This document shows positions 49,974-57,980 of a DNA stretch of 64,000 bases, in pieces. Both the position numbers and the translations under genes were made by a program. Each line of letters begins with the position of its first letter. Within the stretch, counting starts at the first letter, position 1. The notes beneath the pieces were generated by a model that was given only the letters and a program-made list of their open reading frames with translations, had not been told where the DNA came from and made no database searches. Source of the stretch: a virus; the IMG/VR virus record IMGVR_UViG_3300027746_000016, positions 1 to 64,000 of that record. One strand, given 5' to 3'.

Positions 49974-50549
49974 TTAATCTTTTAAATTGGTAAAGATCTC
50001 TTCCAATACTCTAATTGTATCAGTTGAGTCATTATGAAAAACCGAGGTTCCACCGGCTGCTGCCCAATCCTCTAATTTTTTATGATTATCATCAATTAAT
50101 ATATCATTAGCTGACTTTGCAAATAGATATTTGTCTTTTGCAATAATAAGATGAGTTGTATCAGTTAACCCGTCAGGTTTTAATACGGGCTTTTCATTAA
50201 TATTTAAATTACGTTTTACCCATTCAGTTTTACCAGAGACTGAGTGTTCTCCACGACTTGGAGAAGTTAAAATAGTTGGATTATATCGGCTAAGATAGTC
50301 CCATAATTCGCGGCCGTCTTTTGTCCATGGCAGTTTTTCCCAAAATGCAGAGCCACGGTCATCAATTAGTTTCCAAATTGAGTTTTTTCCGTGTTTCTTA
50401 TCGTATTCATTAGGTGTTAAATGATCTGGATTTGACTTAAGTCGCTTGAAACCTCGTTTAAAGTCTACTAAAACTCCATCAAGGTCGCAAAATACACGTT
50501 TATCGTCTATTTTTTCCTCGGTTATGAACTGTTTAAATTTTTTAAGCAT
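49974..50549 (-). CDS. HAD 5'(3')-deoxyribonucleotidase-like protein
   Basis: FCDLDGVLVDF, ILTSP, K, ILIDDN. I prefer the ATG at 50549 (MLKKFKQFITEE) to the TTG at 50564. Confidence 0.8.
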   Translation of the reverse strand: MLKKFKQFITEEKIDDKRVFCDLDGVLVDFKRGFKRLKSNPDHLTPNEYDKKHGKNSIWKLIDDRGSAFWEKLPWTKDGRELWDYLSRYNPTILTSPSRGEHSVSGKTEWVKRNLNINEKPVLKPDGLTDTTHLIIAKDKYLFAKSANDILIDDNHKKLEDWAAAGGTSVFHNDSTDTIRVLEEIFTNLKD

Positions 50550-50874
50550 GGTCGCTGATTTCAAATGTTGTGTCTATATCTTTATTTAACACCGCAACTA
50601 GATCATTTGCCATAACTACATGAAAATCTTCACCAGCCCATTTAACATTTAGGCCAGAGTATCTTTGGTATAGGACATAATCACCTTCTTTTATTGGACA
50701 CTCAGAATTTTTTGAAACCATATGGCCTACTGCAATAACAGTACCTGTATTTGGACGCTTTCGAGCCTCAACTGGTAAAATAATACCAGTCTCTGTCTTT
50801 TTTTCAACTGAATCTGGCTTAATTAGAATTCTTTCAAACAATGGCTTAAAGCCGGTTTTTGCATCTGTACTCAT
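50542..50874 (-). CDS. groS: co-chaperonin GroES
   Basis: KPLFERILIK, KTETGIILP, GTVIAVG, GDYVLY..YSG. Confidence 0.92.
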   Translation of the reverse strand: MSTDAKTGFKPLFERILIKPDSVEKKTETGIILPVEARKRPNTGTVIAVGHMVSKNSECPIKEGDYVLYQRYSGLNVKWAGEDFHVVMANDLVAVLNKDIDTTFEISDHA

Positions 50875-51983
50875 TAGTTTTTATAATTTTTTTTAAATTT
50901 AAAATAGTTAAATCGCTTTCTATCATTTAACTTAACTGAATTTGCGATAGCCTCAGTTATCTCGGTTGGAAACATTGCGGTATGTAATCTGATAATAGAA
51001 CGATTACGTAATAGGTTATTCTGGATCGCTAGAGTTTCGCTAGGCTCATCTATTTTTAAGACTTCACATGTAATATTATTAAGTTTAGGCATAAATGCTG
51101 AGTCACCCGAATCAATTAGACTCTTAATTGTAGTCCAGTCAAATGATTCCTTAACGAGTTCAATTACTCTAGCTGTTTTGGCTGGAGTTAATTTTGGATG
51201 AACTCTTGGAATATTATCAGATTTATCACCAGATAAAACTTTTGTTAAAATATCAAGAGCTGGATCAATTATAAAGTGTTTATAGTCTTTTTTAGTAAGA
51301 TTCTCTAATACATTTACCACAGTTGAATTATCTAATGAATCTATTTCAAAATTAAATAGGTCTACATCAGTATTTACAGAATCATTGATATCTGCAGTGG
51401 TATAGATTTTCTTAAATTTAGTCATCATTTTTGGCATTATCATAATTACTTTACGAGATCCACCTTCTAATAATTGAGTTAAGTCAGTATCAACTGACCA
51501 AATACAGATATCTTCATTTAAATTTTCGCAAATGTATGCAATTAAGTCATCGCCTTCAGCTCCAGTAACCCGATTTGATAAGATTCCATATTCCTCGGTT
51601 AGAGTAGGTAAAACTTCAGTTTGAAAGTAGTCAAAAAATAGATAAATTTTGTCATCATATTTGCGGTTACCTTTATATGAAAAGTCGCCAGCTCCATGAT
51701 CTTCAAACTGCTCTTTTATAAATTTCTTTCTCCAACTCTTTGAGTCAAATACAAAAAATACCGAAGAGATATTTTCTTTAAAAGGAGCAAAGATACTACC
51801 TAAATAATTTAATGAAAACGATTTAAATGCATCTTTGCTAGCCTGTTTTAACATAAATTTATCAGTTGACCATAAATCTGAAACATAATATTTTTCGCCA
51901 ATGCTTTTATTTGTAGATAGAATATTTTTTACAATACTTACTGCCACATTCAAAAATGCATTACCGTCTATTACTATGTTCAT
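50874..51983 (-). CDS. 5'-3' exonuclease / T4 RNase H-like flap nuclease
   Basis: IDGN, FDSKSWRK, YKGNR, EGDD, SVDTDLTQL, GDKSDNIP. Confidence 0.88.
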   Translation of the reverse strand: MNIVIDGNAFLNVAVSIVKNILSTNKSIGEKYYVSDLWSTDKFMLKQASKDAFKSFSLNYLGSIFAPFKENISSVFFVFDSKSWRKKFIKEQFEDHGAGDFSYKGNRKYDDKIYLFFDYFQTEVLPTLTEEYGILSNRVTGAEGDDLIAYICENLNEDICIWSVDTDLTQLLEGGSRKVIMIMPKMMTKFKKIYTTADINDSVNTDVDLFNFEIDSLDNSTVVNVLENLTKKDYKHFIIDPALDILTKVLSGDKSDNIPRVHPKLTPAKTARVIELVKESFDWTTIKSLIDSGDSAFMPKLNNITCEVLKIDEPSETLAIQNNLLRNRSIIRLHTAMFPTEITEAIANSVKLNDRKRFNYFKFKKNYKN

Positions 51984-51986
51984 AAT

Positions 51987-52307
51987 TTAGTTTTTATCAA
52001 TTGAATTAACTTCTGGTTTTACACTTAATTTAGTAATTGATTTAGCAATTAATTCAGCTTCCTCAATTGTATATGCGCCTTTTCCTTGAGCATGAGTGGC
52101 GGCTGCAATTAAAACAATTACAGCATGTTCAAGAGTTAAATTGTTTAAAAACTTATTGTAATCTTCTAGACTTTCATAGCTAATGCTAGATAGCAAAGTA
52201 GCTAATGGCTTCTTAGGATTAGTTTCAGAATTTTCAGTTTCAGTCTTGATTTCTTCAACTTCAGGTTTAGCTGGAGCAGCGGTTGTCATGTATGTAGAGT
52301 CTTTCAT
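51987..52307 (-). CDS. hypothetical protein
   Basis: 106-aa ORF; AQGKGAYTIEEAELI. Confidence 0.65.
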   Translation of the reverse strand: MKDSTYMTTAAPAKPEVEEIKTETENSETNPKKPLATLLSSISYESLEDYNKFLNNLTLEHAVIVLIAAATHAQGKGAYTIEEAELIAKSITKLSVKPEVNSIDKN

Positions 52308-52383
52308 TTTAATATAATTTTTTAAAGATCATTAAATATTGAATCTAATTCATCAACTTCAGGTTTAGCTGGAGCAGCGGTTG
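52255..52383. repeat. 31-bp exact direct repeat (52255-52285 and 52353-52383)
   Basis: TCAACTTCAGGTTTAGCTGGAGCAGCGGTTG occurs twice, 98 bp apart, encoding TAAPAKPEV in two adjacent genes. Confidence 0.95.
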
Positions 52384-53365
52384 GTTTAGATGCAGTAGAG
52401 CCTAACATATCAGAGTCAATATCAATTGAGATAGAGGTACCCTTTGTTTGAGGAGCGGCTGGCGTAAATTCTAATGATTCTCCAGCTGGAGCAACAGTTC
52501 TTGAAATTGATTTTGTATTTGTAAAATGCTTCTTCATACGTTCATCCTTTAATCCACCTACTAAATTATCAATAATTTGTTTATATGGAACAATTGCTTT
52601 GATATATTCTGCAACTTTTTCATATTCATAATCAGTCCAATCTTTATAGAAATATTGAGTTAAGTCAGGAGAATTTTCTTTAAAGTATTTAGAGACAAAT
52701 TGCATTACCTTTGGATCATTAGAGGTTGGAATTTCCTTGCCTTGAGTTGTAATAATTAATGGGCTAACTTCGCTCATAAATTTACTTGAACTAAAATCTC
52801 TCCATGCTTTGGTTTTACGTTTAATAACTAGCACAAAATCTTTTCCAGCAGTTAATGAAAATGGATTAACTTTTTGAATAGTCATTAACTCAGATTCTGG
52901 ATTAATTTCCTGTTGAATTAAATTATCAATAGTATATCCATATGAATATATTTTAATTTTACCTTCCATGTTTGGATATTGTGGATCCTTTTTAATGTAA
53001 ATACATGAATAGAAATTATAGTATCGGTTATAATACTTTTTAATTTCTTCTACAATTGAAGGCTCGTCTGTTGCTAATTTCTTTAATTCCATATCAAGAG
53101 ACCATAAGATTGATGGACTTCCATTGGTAGAAGGACAATCAACGAGTAGGCGCTCATTGGTTAAAGGGTTAATTAATTTAGCAGCATACTTTTTGTATTT
53201 GCTCTTTGATGGATCTCCAACCCAAGGAATAAATCGAATAATCGATTTGTAAATTCCATTTTGTCCTTGATCTGGACCTGGATTGTAAATGTTGTCATCG
53301 GTTTTGCGTTGACTTGCGGCCTTGCCGGTAAAGTCGTCTGTGTTTAGATTGAATAGATCTTCCAT
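52322..53365 (-). CDS. single-stranded DNA-binding protein (gp32-like)
   Basis: IIRFIP, DCPS, EGKIKIY.YG, NPF.L..GKDF, acidic tail DELDSIFNDL. Confidence 0.85.
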   Translation of the reverse strand: MEDLFNLNTDDFTGKAASQRKTDDNIYNPGPDQGQNGIYKSIIRFIPWVGDPSKSKYKKYAAKLINPLTNERLLVDCPSTNGSPSILWSLDMELKKLATDEPSIVEEIKKYYNRYYNFYSCIYIKKDPQYPNMEGKIKIYSYGYTIDNLIQQEINPESELMTIQKVNPFSLTAGKDFVLVIKRKTKAWRDFSSSKFMSEVSPLIITTQGKEIPTSNDPKVMQFVSKYFKENSPDLTQYFYKDWTDYEYEKVAEYIKAIVPYKQIIDNLVGGLKDERMKKHFTNTKSISRTVAPAGESLEFTPAAPQTKGTSISIDIDSDMLGSTASKPTAAPAKPEVDELDSIFNDL

Positions 53366-53400
53366 TTTTCTTTTTATTGATTTTTATATTACTTATATAA

Positions 53401-53428
53401 ATTATACTATATAATTTAATTCTGGTTT
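53401..53428 (-). promoter_or_regulatory. AAACC-N14-TAGTATAAT promoter motif
   Basis: Upstream of the SSB gene. Confidence 0.6.
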
Positions 53429-53430
53429 CA

Positions 53431-53463
53431 ATAAAAAAGGGCATAGTGATTAGCTTGCCCTTA
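53431..53463 (-). terminator. Rho-independent terminator after the Hc1-like gene
   Basis: AAGGGCA...TGCCCTT stem followed by TTTTATT on the minus strand. Confidence 0.75.
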
Positions 53464-53484
53464 ATTTAATAATAAGTAATTAGA

Positions 53485-53676
53485 TTATGCTTTAGGAGCA
53501 GTAGTCTTTGTTGCTTGAATGTGGGTACGACCTTCTTGACATGAAGCTTTAATTTCTTGTAAAAGGGCACGAGAACGAGTTCCAGCTGTTTTATTACCTT
53601 TTTCGTAAAATTTAGTAGTTTCAGTTTCTAATTGACTGATTGAGTTTTTAAGGGTTTCTAACCATGTTGGTGTCAT
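53485..53676 (-). CDS. histone H1-like protein (Hc1 family)
   Basis: KFYEKGNKTAGTRSR..LQEIK....R. Confidence 0.75.
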   Translation of the reverse strand: MTPTWLETLKNSISQLETETTKFYEKGNKTAGTRSRALLQEIKASCQEGRTHIQATKTTAPKA

Positions 53677-53698
53677 ATTAATATAGTATTTTTAGAGT

Positions 53699-53725
53699 AT
53701 TATATTAAGAAATATCACCCGGTTT
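53699..53725 (-). promoter_or_regulatory. AAACC-N13-TAATATAAT promoter motif
   Basis: Upstream of the Hc1-like gene. Confidence 0.55.
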
Positions 53726-53770
53726 TAAGTATATTAAAAAACATCACTAATTTTAACCTTTAGCTAGTGA

Positions 53771-54322
53771 TTACTTTGATCTTAAAAATACTACTTCTAA
53801 ATTGTCACTAGTTGGATTTTTAAAATTGTCATCTGAATCAAATGTAACATCAACTGTACCTTTATCTACTCCAAGTAAACCATCGGTTACTTCTTCTTTA
53901 AACTCCGAGTAAATATTTGCAGGAAAGTCTCTTCTTCCAGCAAGGGCAGCCATTACTAAATCTTTATCTGATTCCATTTTATGAACCTCTAACCACTTAG
54001 TAAGAGCCTCTGGCTCTATTTCATATTGAGTAAATCTCTTAACACCACCTTGGCCATCGTGTGCACCGAACCATTTTTTATTCTCTGCATCCTGAATAAA
54101 AATAATTTTTGGAGAAGTAGTAGCCGCTGGAGTAACCGGCGGAGCATTCGGATCAGGCGGAAGGCCGGCTCCCATATCTGGAGGAGGTGGCATTGCCATA
54201 TCTGGAGCAGGAGGCGGTGGCGGCGGCGGTGGCGGTGGTATTGCAGCATCTGGCGCAGGAGGTGCTGCAGGCTCATCCTCTAATAATAAATTCTTAAATT
54301 CTTTAAATTCTAATATTCTCAT
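53771..54322 (-). CDS. proline-rich hypothetical protein, probable internal head protein
   Basis: MRILEFKEFKNLLLE leader, poly-Pro tract, late motif upstream. Confidence 0.7.
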   Translation of the reverse strand: MRILEFKEFKNLLLEDEPAAPPAPDAAIPPPPPPPPPPAPDMAMPPPPDMGAGLPPDPNAPPVTPAATTSPKIIFIQDAENKKWFGAHDGQGGVKRFTQYEIEPEALTKWLEVHKMESDKDLVMAALAGRRDFPANIYSEFKEEVTDGLLGVDKGTVDVTFDSDDNFKNPTSDNLEVVFLRSK

Positions 54323-54347
54323 AGGTATTAATTATATTTTTACTAGT

Positions 54348-54356
54348 TTATTTATA
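54348..54356 (-). promoter_or_regulatory. late-type promoter TATAAATAA
   Basis: Exact T4 late consensus on the minus strand. Confidence 0.6.
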
Positions 54357-54357
54357 C

Positions 54358-54386
54358 AAAAAAAGCGGGAAATTAATTTCCCGCCT
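54358..54386 (-). terminator. Rho-independent terminator after the nrdJ operon
   Basis: GCGGGAAAT/ATTTCCCGC stem followed by TTTTTTT. Confidence 0.85.
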
Positions 54387-54401
54387 AAATTAGGTTATAG
54401 A

Positions 54402-54611
54402 TTAGTGAAGCCTTAAAGTTGAACCGGCTTGATGGATTGGATCATATGGGCAGTGTTTACAACCATTTCCGCAACATGAACCTCGCTTTGTATGATATTG
54501 TTTGGTCATTATTAGATTACCGTTTTTGTAATAATAGTCGGCATTTTTATAACTACTAATATATTCAACATATAACTGATAAATCCAGTCATATTTAGCT
54601 GGAATTATCAT
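54402..54611 (-). CDS. small Cys-rich protein (DUF5522-like)
   Basis: YH.KRGSCCGNGCKHCPY. Confidence 0.7.
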   Translation of the reverse strand: MIIPAKYDWIYQLYVEYISSYKNADYYYKNGNLIMTKQYHTKRGSCCGNGCKHCPYDPIHQAGSTLRLH

Positions 54612-56464
54612 TGTATTTCACAAGCTCCTCCAGCACAGGCTAATTCGCCAGATAGGTCAGTATTATCAACCATTTCAATAACTTTAGATAAGTCAATTCC
54701 AGTTAATGATTTTAACATTTCTTCGTATTTTTCTTCAGAGCAGTCCTCAAATGGAGCTTGAATATAGGTTCCACCGTTATATGGTAAAACCGATAAGCCA
54801 TTATAGAATGATTTATTATCCCACATCCATTCACCAACAGTTTCCCATTCGTCTGGTTTAATTGAAACTGTTGCAGAAATATTATGAGTATTTTGACCGG
54901 TACGATGACCAGTTTTTACCCAATTTGAATAAAAAGATTTTACTCTTTCTAGTAATTCAATTGCAGATTCATTTCTAAATATTGAACCGGCTGGTGCTTT
55001 TTGTGGAACTGAAATTACAGCAGTATCATGCGGACGGAAGTACTCATCTTCAAGTAGTTCAGGATGATAAATTGCAAGATAAGAATAAATTGCCTCATTT
55101 TTTCCAACTCTAATTCTACGAATATAGTGATCATTATGCCATGCATGAATTCCAGAAGAAGTTCCCAATACCAATGATGAAGTTCCTGATGGTTTAATTG
55201 TAGTACATCTGGCTGATGCATTTATCTTAATTTGTTTTGCAACAATTACATTGGTTTCTTTTACTAGGTCAGCAGCCTGTTTAAGATCAAATTTTTGGGC
55301 TGATCCTGAGCCTATACCAGTCATACCAACACCAATTAAAGCATCCTTTTCAGTAGTACGTTGCCATATTGGACGTAAATAATGAAAATTAGTATAGCCA
55401 GCTTGCAGAGTTCCAATAAATGAAGCAGCTTTAACTCTTTCATTTAAATCTTCTTGTGTAGTAATATCAGAGACATTAACTTCACATAAGTTACAAAATT
55501 GAAATGGACGTAGAGCAATTTCACAGCATGGATTAGTACCCCAATCTTTATCGTTTGACAAATAAATTCCAGGTTCTCCAGTTCCACTTGCTTCAATTTT
55601 TTTCCATAAGTCCATAAAGAAGCTCTTAGTTATCTTATTTCTTAATAAGACCGCTGAGTTATTTGCTCGGCCCCTTTGTGGATTAAGTTCCCACCATGAT
55701 CCACTCTTTGAAGAAATCATATTTTCATCATCTGCACTAAATAAAGAAATTAATGCAGCTCGACGAATACCTCCAGCCAATACCGCATCGGCAATATGAC
55801 AAACAATATCGTGTACTTCAATACAAGATAATTTATCATTATCAACCTTAGAGTCAAGAATTCCCTGTATTTTAATTAAACACTCTTTTAAGGGTTGAGG
55901 GCCTGGTGCTTTACCACCTGACGTAACTAATAGTGCACCTTTTTGGCGAATATCAGAAAAGTCAAAATTAATAGTAGAACCACCTTCAAAATAAGACTTC
56001 ATTAATAATTTAACCGCATCTGCCCAGCCTTCAATTGAGTCTCCAATTAAATATCTACGAGATTTAGTAGTATTAGGTTTTCTAATTTCTGGAAGTTCGT
56101 CAACATGGTGTTTCTGTACTGAATAGCCTACACCAGTTCCGCCTAATAATAAAAACATAATTTCGCCAAATGCACGCCAATCATCGATCGGTAAATATGC
56201 ACAATTGTAGATACGATTTGGAGAAATTTCAATTGGTTTACCACCAAACTGTAAACTACGCATTGATGGTAGAATTTTTTTATCATACACAAATTTATAA
56301 GTCTCATTAATCTCAGCAGTTAACTGTGGATATTTCTTTATGTGCATTTCTTTATTTCGAGTTACAAGTTCTTCCCATGTTTCTCTTCTCTGTACATCAT
56401 TACGAAACCTGGCGTATTTCATATAAACCGTTACGTCTGATAAAATTTCACTTGCTAAATTCAT
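54608..56464 (-). CDS. nrdJ: class II (adenosylcobalamin-dependent) ribonucleotide reductase, monomeric type
   Basis: LPSMRSLQ, YNCAY, GGIRRAALI, RANNS, TNPCCEI, QFCNLCE, TIKPSGT, C-terminal CAGGACEI. Confidence 0.88.
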   Translation of the reverse strand: MNLASEILSDVTVYMKYARFRNDVQRRETWEELVTRNKEMHIKKYPQLTAEINETYKFVYDKKILPSMRSLQFGGKPIEISPNRIYNCAYLPIDDWRAFGEIMFLLLGGTGVGYSVQKHHVDELPEIRKPNTTKSRRYLIGDSIEGWADAVKLLMKSYFEGGSTINFDFSDIRQKGALLVTSGGKAPGPQPLKECLIKIQGILDSKVDNDKLSCIEVHDIVCHIADAVLAGGIRRAALISLFSADDENMISSKSGSWWELNPQRGRANNSAVLLRNKITKSFFMDLWKKIEASGTGEPGIYLSNDKDWGTNPCCEIALRPFQFCNLCEVNVSDITTQEDLNERVKAASFIGTLQAGYTNFHYLRPIWQRTTEKDALIGVGMTGIGSGSAQKFDLKQAADLVKETNVIVAKQIKINASARCTTIKPSGTSSLVLGTSSGIHAWHNDHYIRRIRVGKNEAIYSYLAIYHPELLEDEYFRPHDTAVISVPQKAPAGSIFRNESAIELLERVKSFYSNWVKTGHRTGQNTHNISATVSIKPDEWETVGEWMWDNKSFYNGLSVLPYNGGTYIQAPFEDCSEEKYEEMLKSLTGIDLSKVIEMVDNTDLSGELACAGGACEIQ

Positions 56465-56702
56465 TTTCTTTTTTATTTTTTTAATGTTTCTAATTAAATA
56501 TACTAAATTACCTGGCCTGTAGAGATAACTTTTTAATTATGACCTACTGGTAAGTTCATTACTTAATTTAATTAATGTTTTGTTAATTTACTTGATGCAT
56601 TTTGAGTACTTAGCCGAATTTTATAATTAGTTTGTTTGTTAATAATTTGACTAATTTTATAAAAATTCAACTTCTTAATTAAACTTGACTCTTGCATCTA
56701 GG

Positions 56703-56712
56703 TTATTTATTA
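56703..56712 (-). promoter_or_regulatory. late-type promoter TAATAAATAA
   Basis: Exact motif between the S1-like gene and nrdJ. Confidence 0.45.
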
Positions 56713-56731
56713 TACCAATAACTGCTAAATA

Positions 56732-57916
56732 TTACGCGTTTATAAAATCTAATTTTAAAGTTTTACGAATAGTATCAACTTTAAGAATTTTAACTTCTCC
56801 ATCGTTAGGTATTCGGAATTTACCCTTAAGGTGATTTACATCATTTTTGAAAATTTCATTAGTTTCAGGAATCGTGATTTCAATGAAAAAATTATCTTTA
56901 TTTAGGACAAAATTTAAGGTACGTCCTTCTATTTCAGTTTTTATTTTTTGCCAAGTAATTTTTTCTTGATCAACTTTAGCTAAATCATTTGTTAAAATAA
57001 TTCTAGGTTCACCTTTTTTAACAATAATGTCCTTAATATAGAAATCTAATACATCACCTGATTTAAAAGTACTTGTGTCTTCAATATAATTAGCAAATTC
57101 AGATTTATGAAGTAATCCTGTATAATAATTTTGAAATTCAATAAATATTCCAAATTCATATGGTTTATTTGTTAAAATTCCAGTATATTTTTTACCAAAT
57201 TCTAAATCATATACTTTTTGAGGAAGTGTATGTTTGATATATTTCTTGTATGAAATAATATATAAATCATTAACGGAATCATAATTTTCTATCATTACTG
57301 GAATTTCAGTATTTAAGTAGTCATTAAAATCACGAATTACATTGGCAGCAGCATGAGATCCTGGTAAGAAACATTTAACGGTTCCTTTGTATAGCGCTAA
57401 ATATCCACCTTTTACCAAGCTAATAACTTTAACATAAAACCATTTATCAGTTTTTAAGAAGTCGTTTAGCGTATCTCTATATGAAATTGCAGCACACTGT
57501 TTTTCAGATGCATAAAATTCTCCACTGTCAACTTTTGTAATAATGGCTTTAAATTCTCTAGGATAGTCTCCATTAACTAATAACGAAGGCTCTTCTGAAA
57601 AGTCTCTAAATGGAATAAATATTGAAGACTTTGAGTGTTTTTCATAAGTAACAATTAGCTTATTATCAAAATCAATACTCTTTGCAATCACTGTACATAA
57701 TTGGCCTTCACTAAAGTCTTTTATACTGATCATTGAATGAGAGCTATGACTTGAATACATTTCGTATAGGTCTTGAGCATAGTTTTCTTTACAATAAATT
57801 TTCATACCAGCCGCTGAGTCTGACTCAGTTAATTTTATTGAGGTATTAAATTTTGAATTTGTTTGACCGTATACTAGATCAAAATCTGGAGAATTTGGAA
57901 TATGGGTAGTTTGCAT
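56732..57916 (-). CDS. ribosomal protein S1-like multi-S1-domain protein
   Basis: KGGYLA....KCFLPGS; FGIFIEF....TGLLHKSE...F.SGD. Confidence 0.75.
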   Translation of the reverse strand: MQTTHIPNSPDFDLVYGQTNSKFNTSIKLTESDSAAGMKIYCKENYAQDLYEMYSSHSSHSMISIKDFSEGQLCTVIAKSIDFDNKLIVTYEKHSKSSIFIPFRDFSEEPSLLVNGDYPREFKAIITKVDSGEFYASEKQCAAISYRDTLNDFLKTDKWFYVKVISLVKGGYLALYKGTVKCFLPGSHAAANVIRDFNDYLNTEIPVMIENYDSVNDLYIISYKKYIKHTLPQKVYDLEFGKKYTGILTNKPYEFGIFIEFQNYYTGLLHKSEFANYIEDTSTFKSGDVLDFYIKDIIVKKGEPRIILTNDLAKVDQEKITWQKIKTEIEGRTLNFVLNKDNFFIEITIPETNEIFKNDVNHLKGKFRIPNDGEVKILKVDTIRKTLKLDFINA

Positions 57917-57934
57917 AGATTATTTGTATATAAA

Positions 57935-57961
57935 ATTATACAGAAAATTAACTATTGGTTT
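57935..57961 (-). promoter_or_regulatory. AAACC-N13-CTGTATAAT promoter motif
   Basis: Upstream of the S1-like gene. Confidence 0.55.
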
Positions 57962-57980
57962 TAATTAAACCATATATAAA

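Noticed and set aside
54608-56464. Class I RNR alpha subunit, or an intein/intron in the RNR gene
   Set aside because: The size and motifs fit a compact class II enzyme, there is no adjacent beta subunit, and no insertion is visible.
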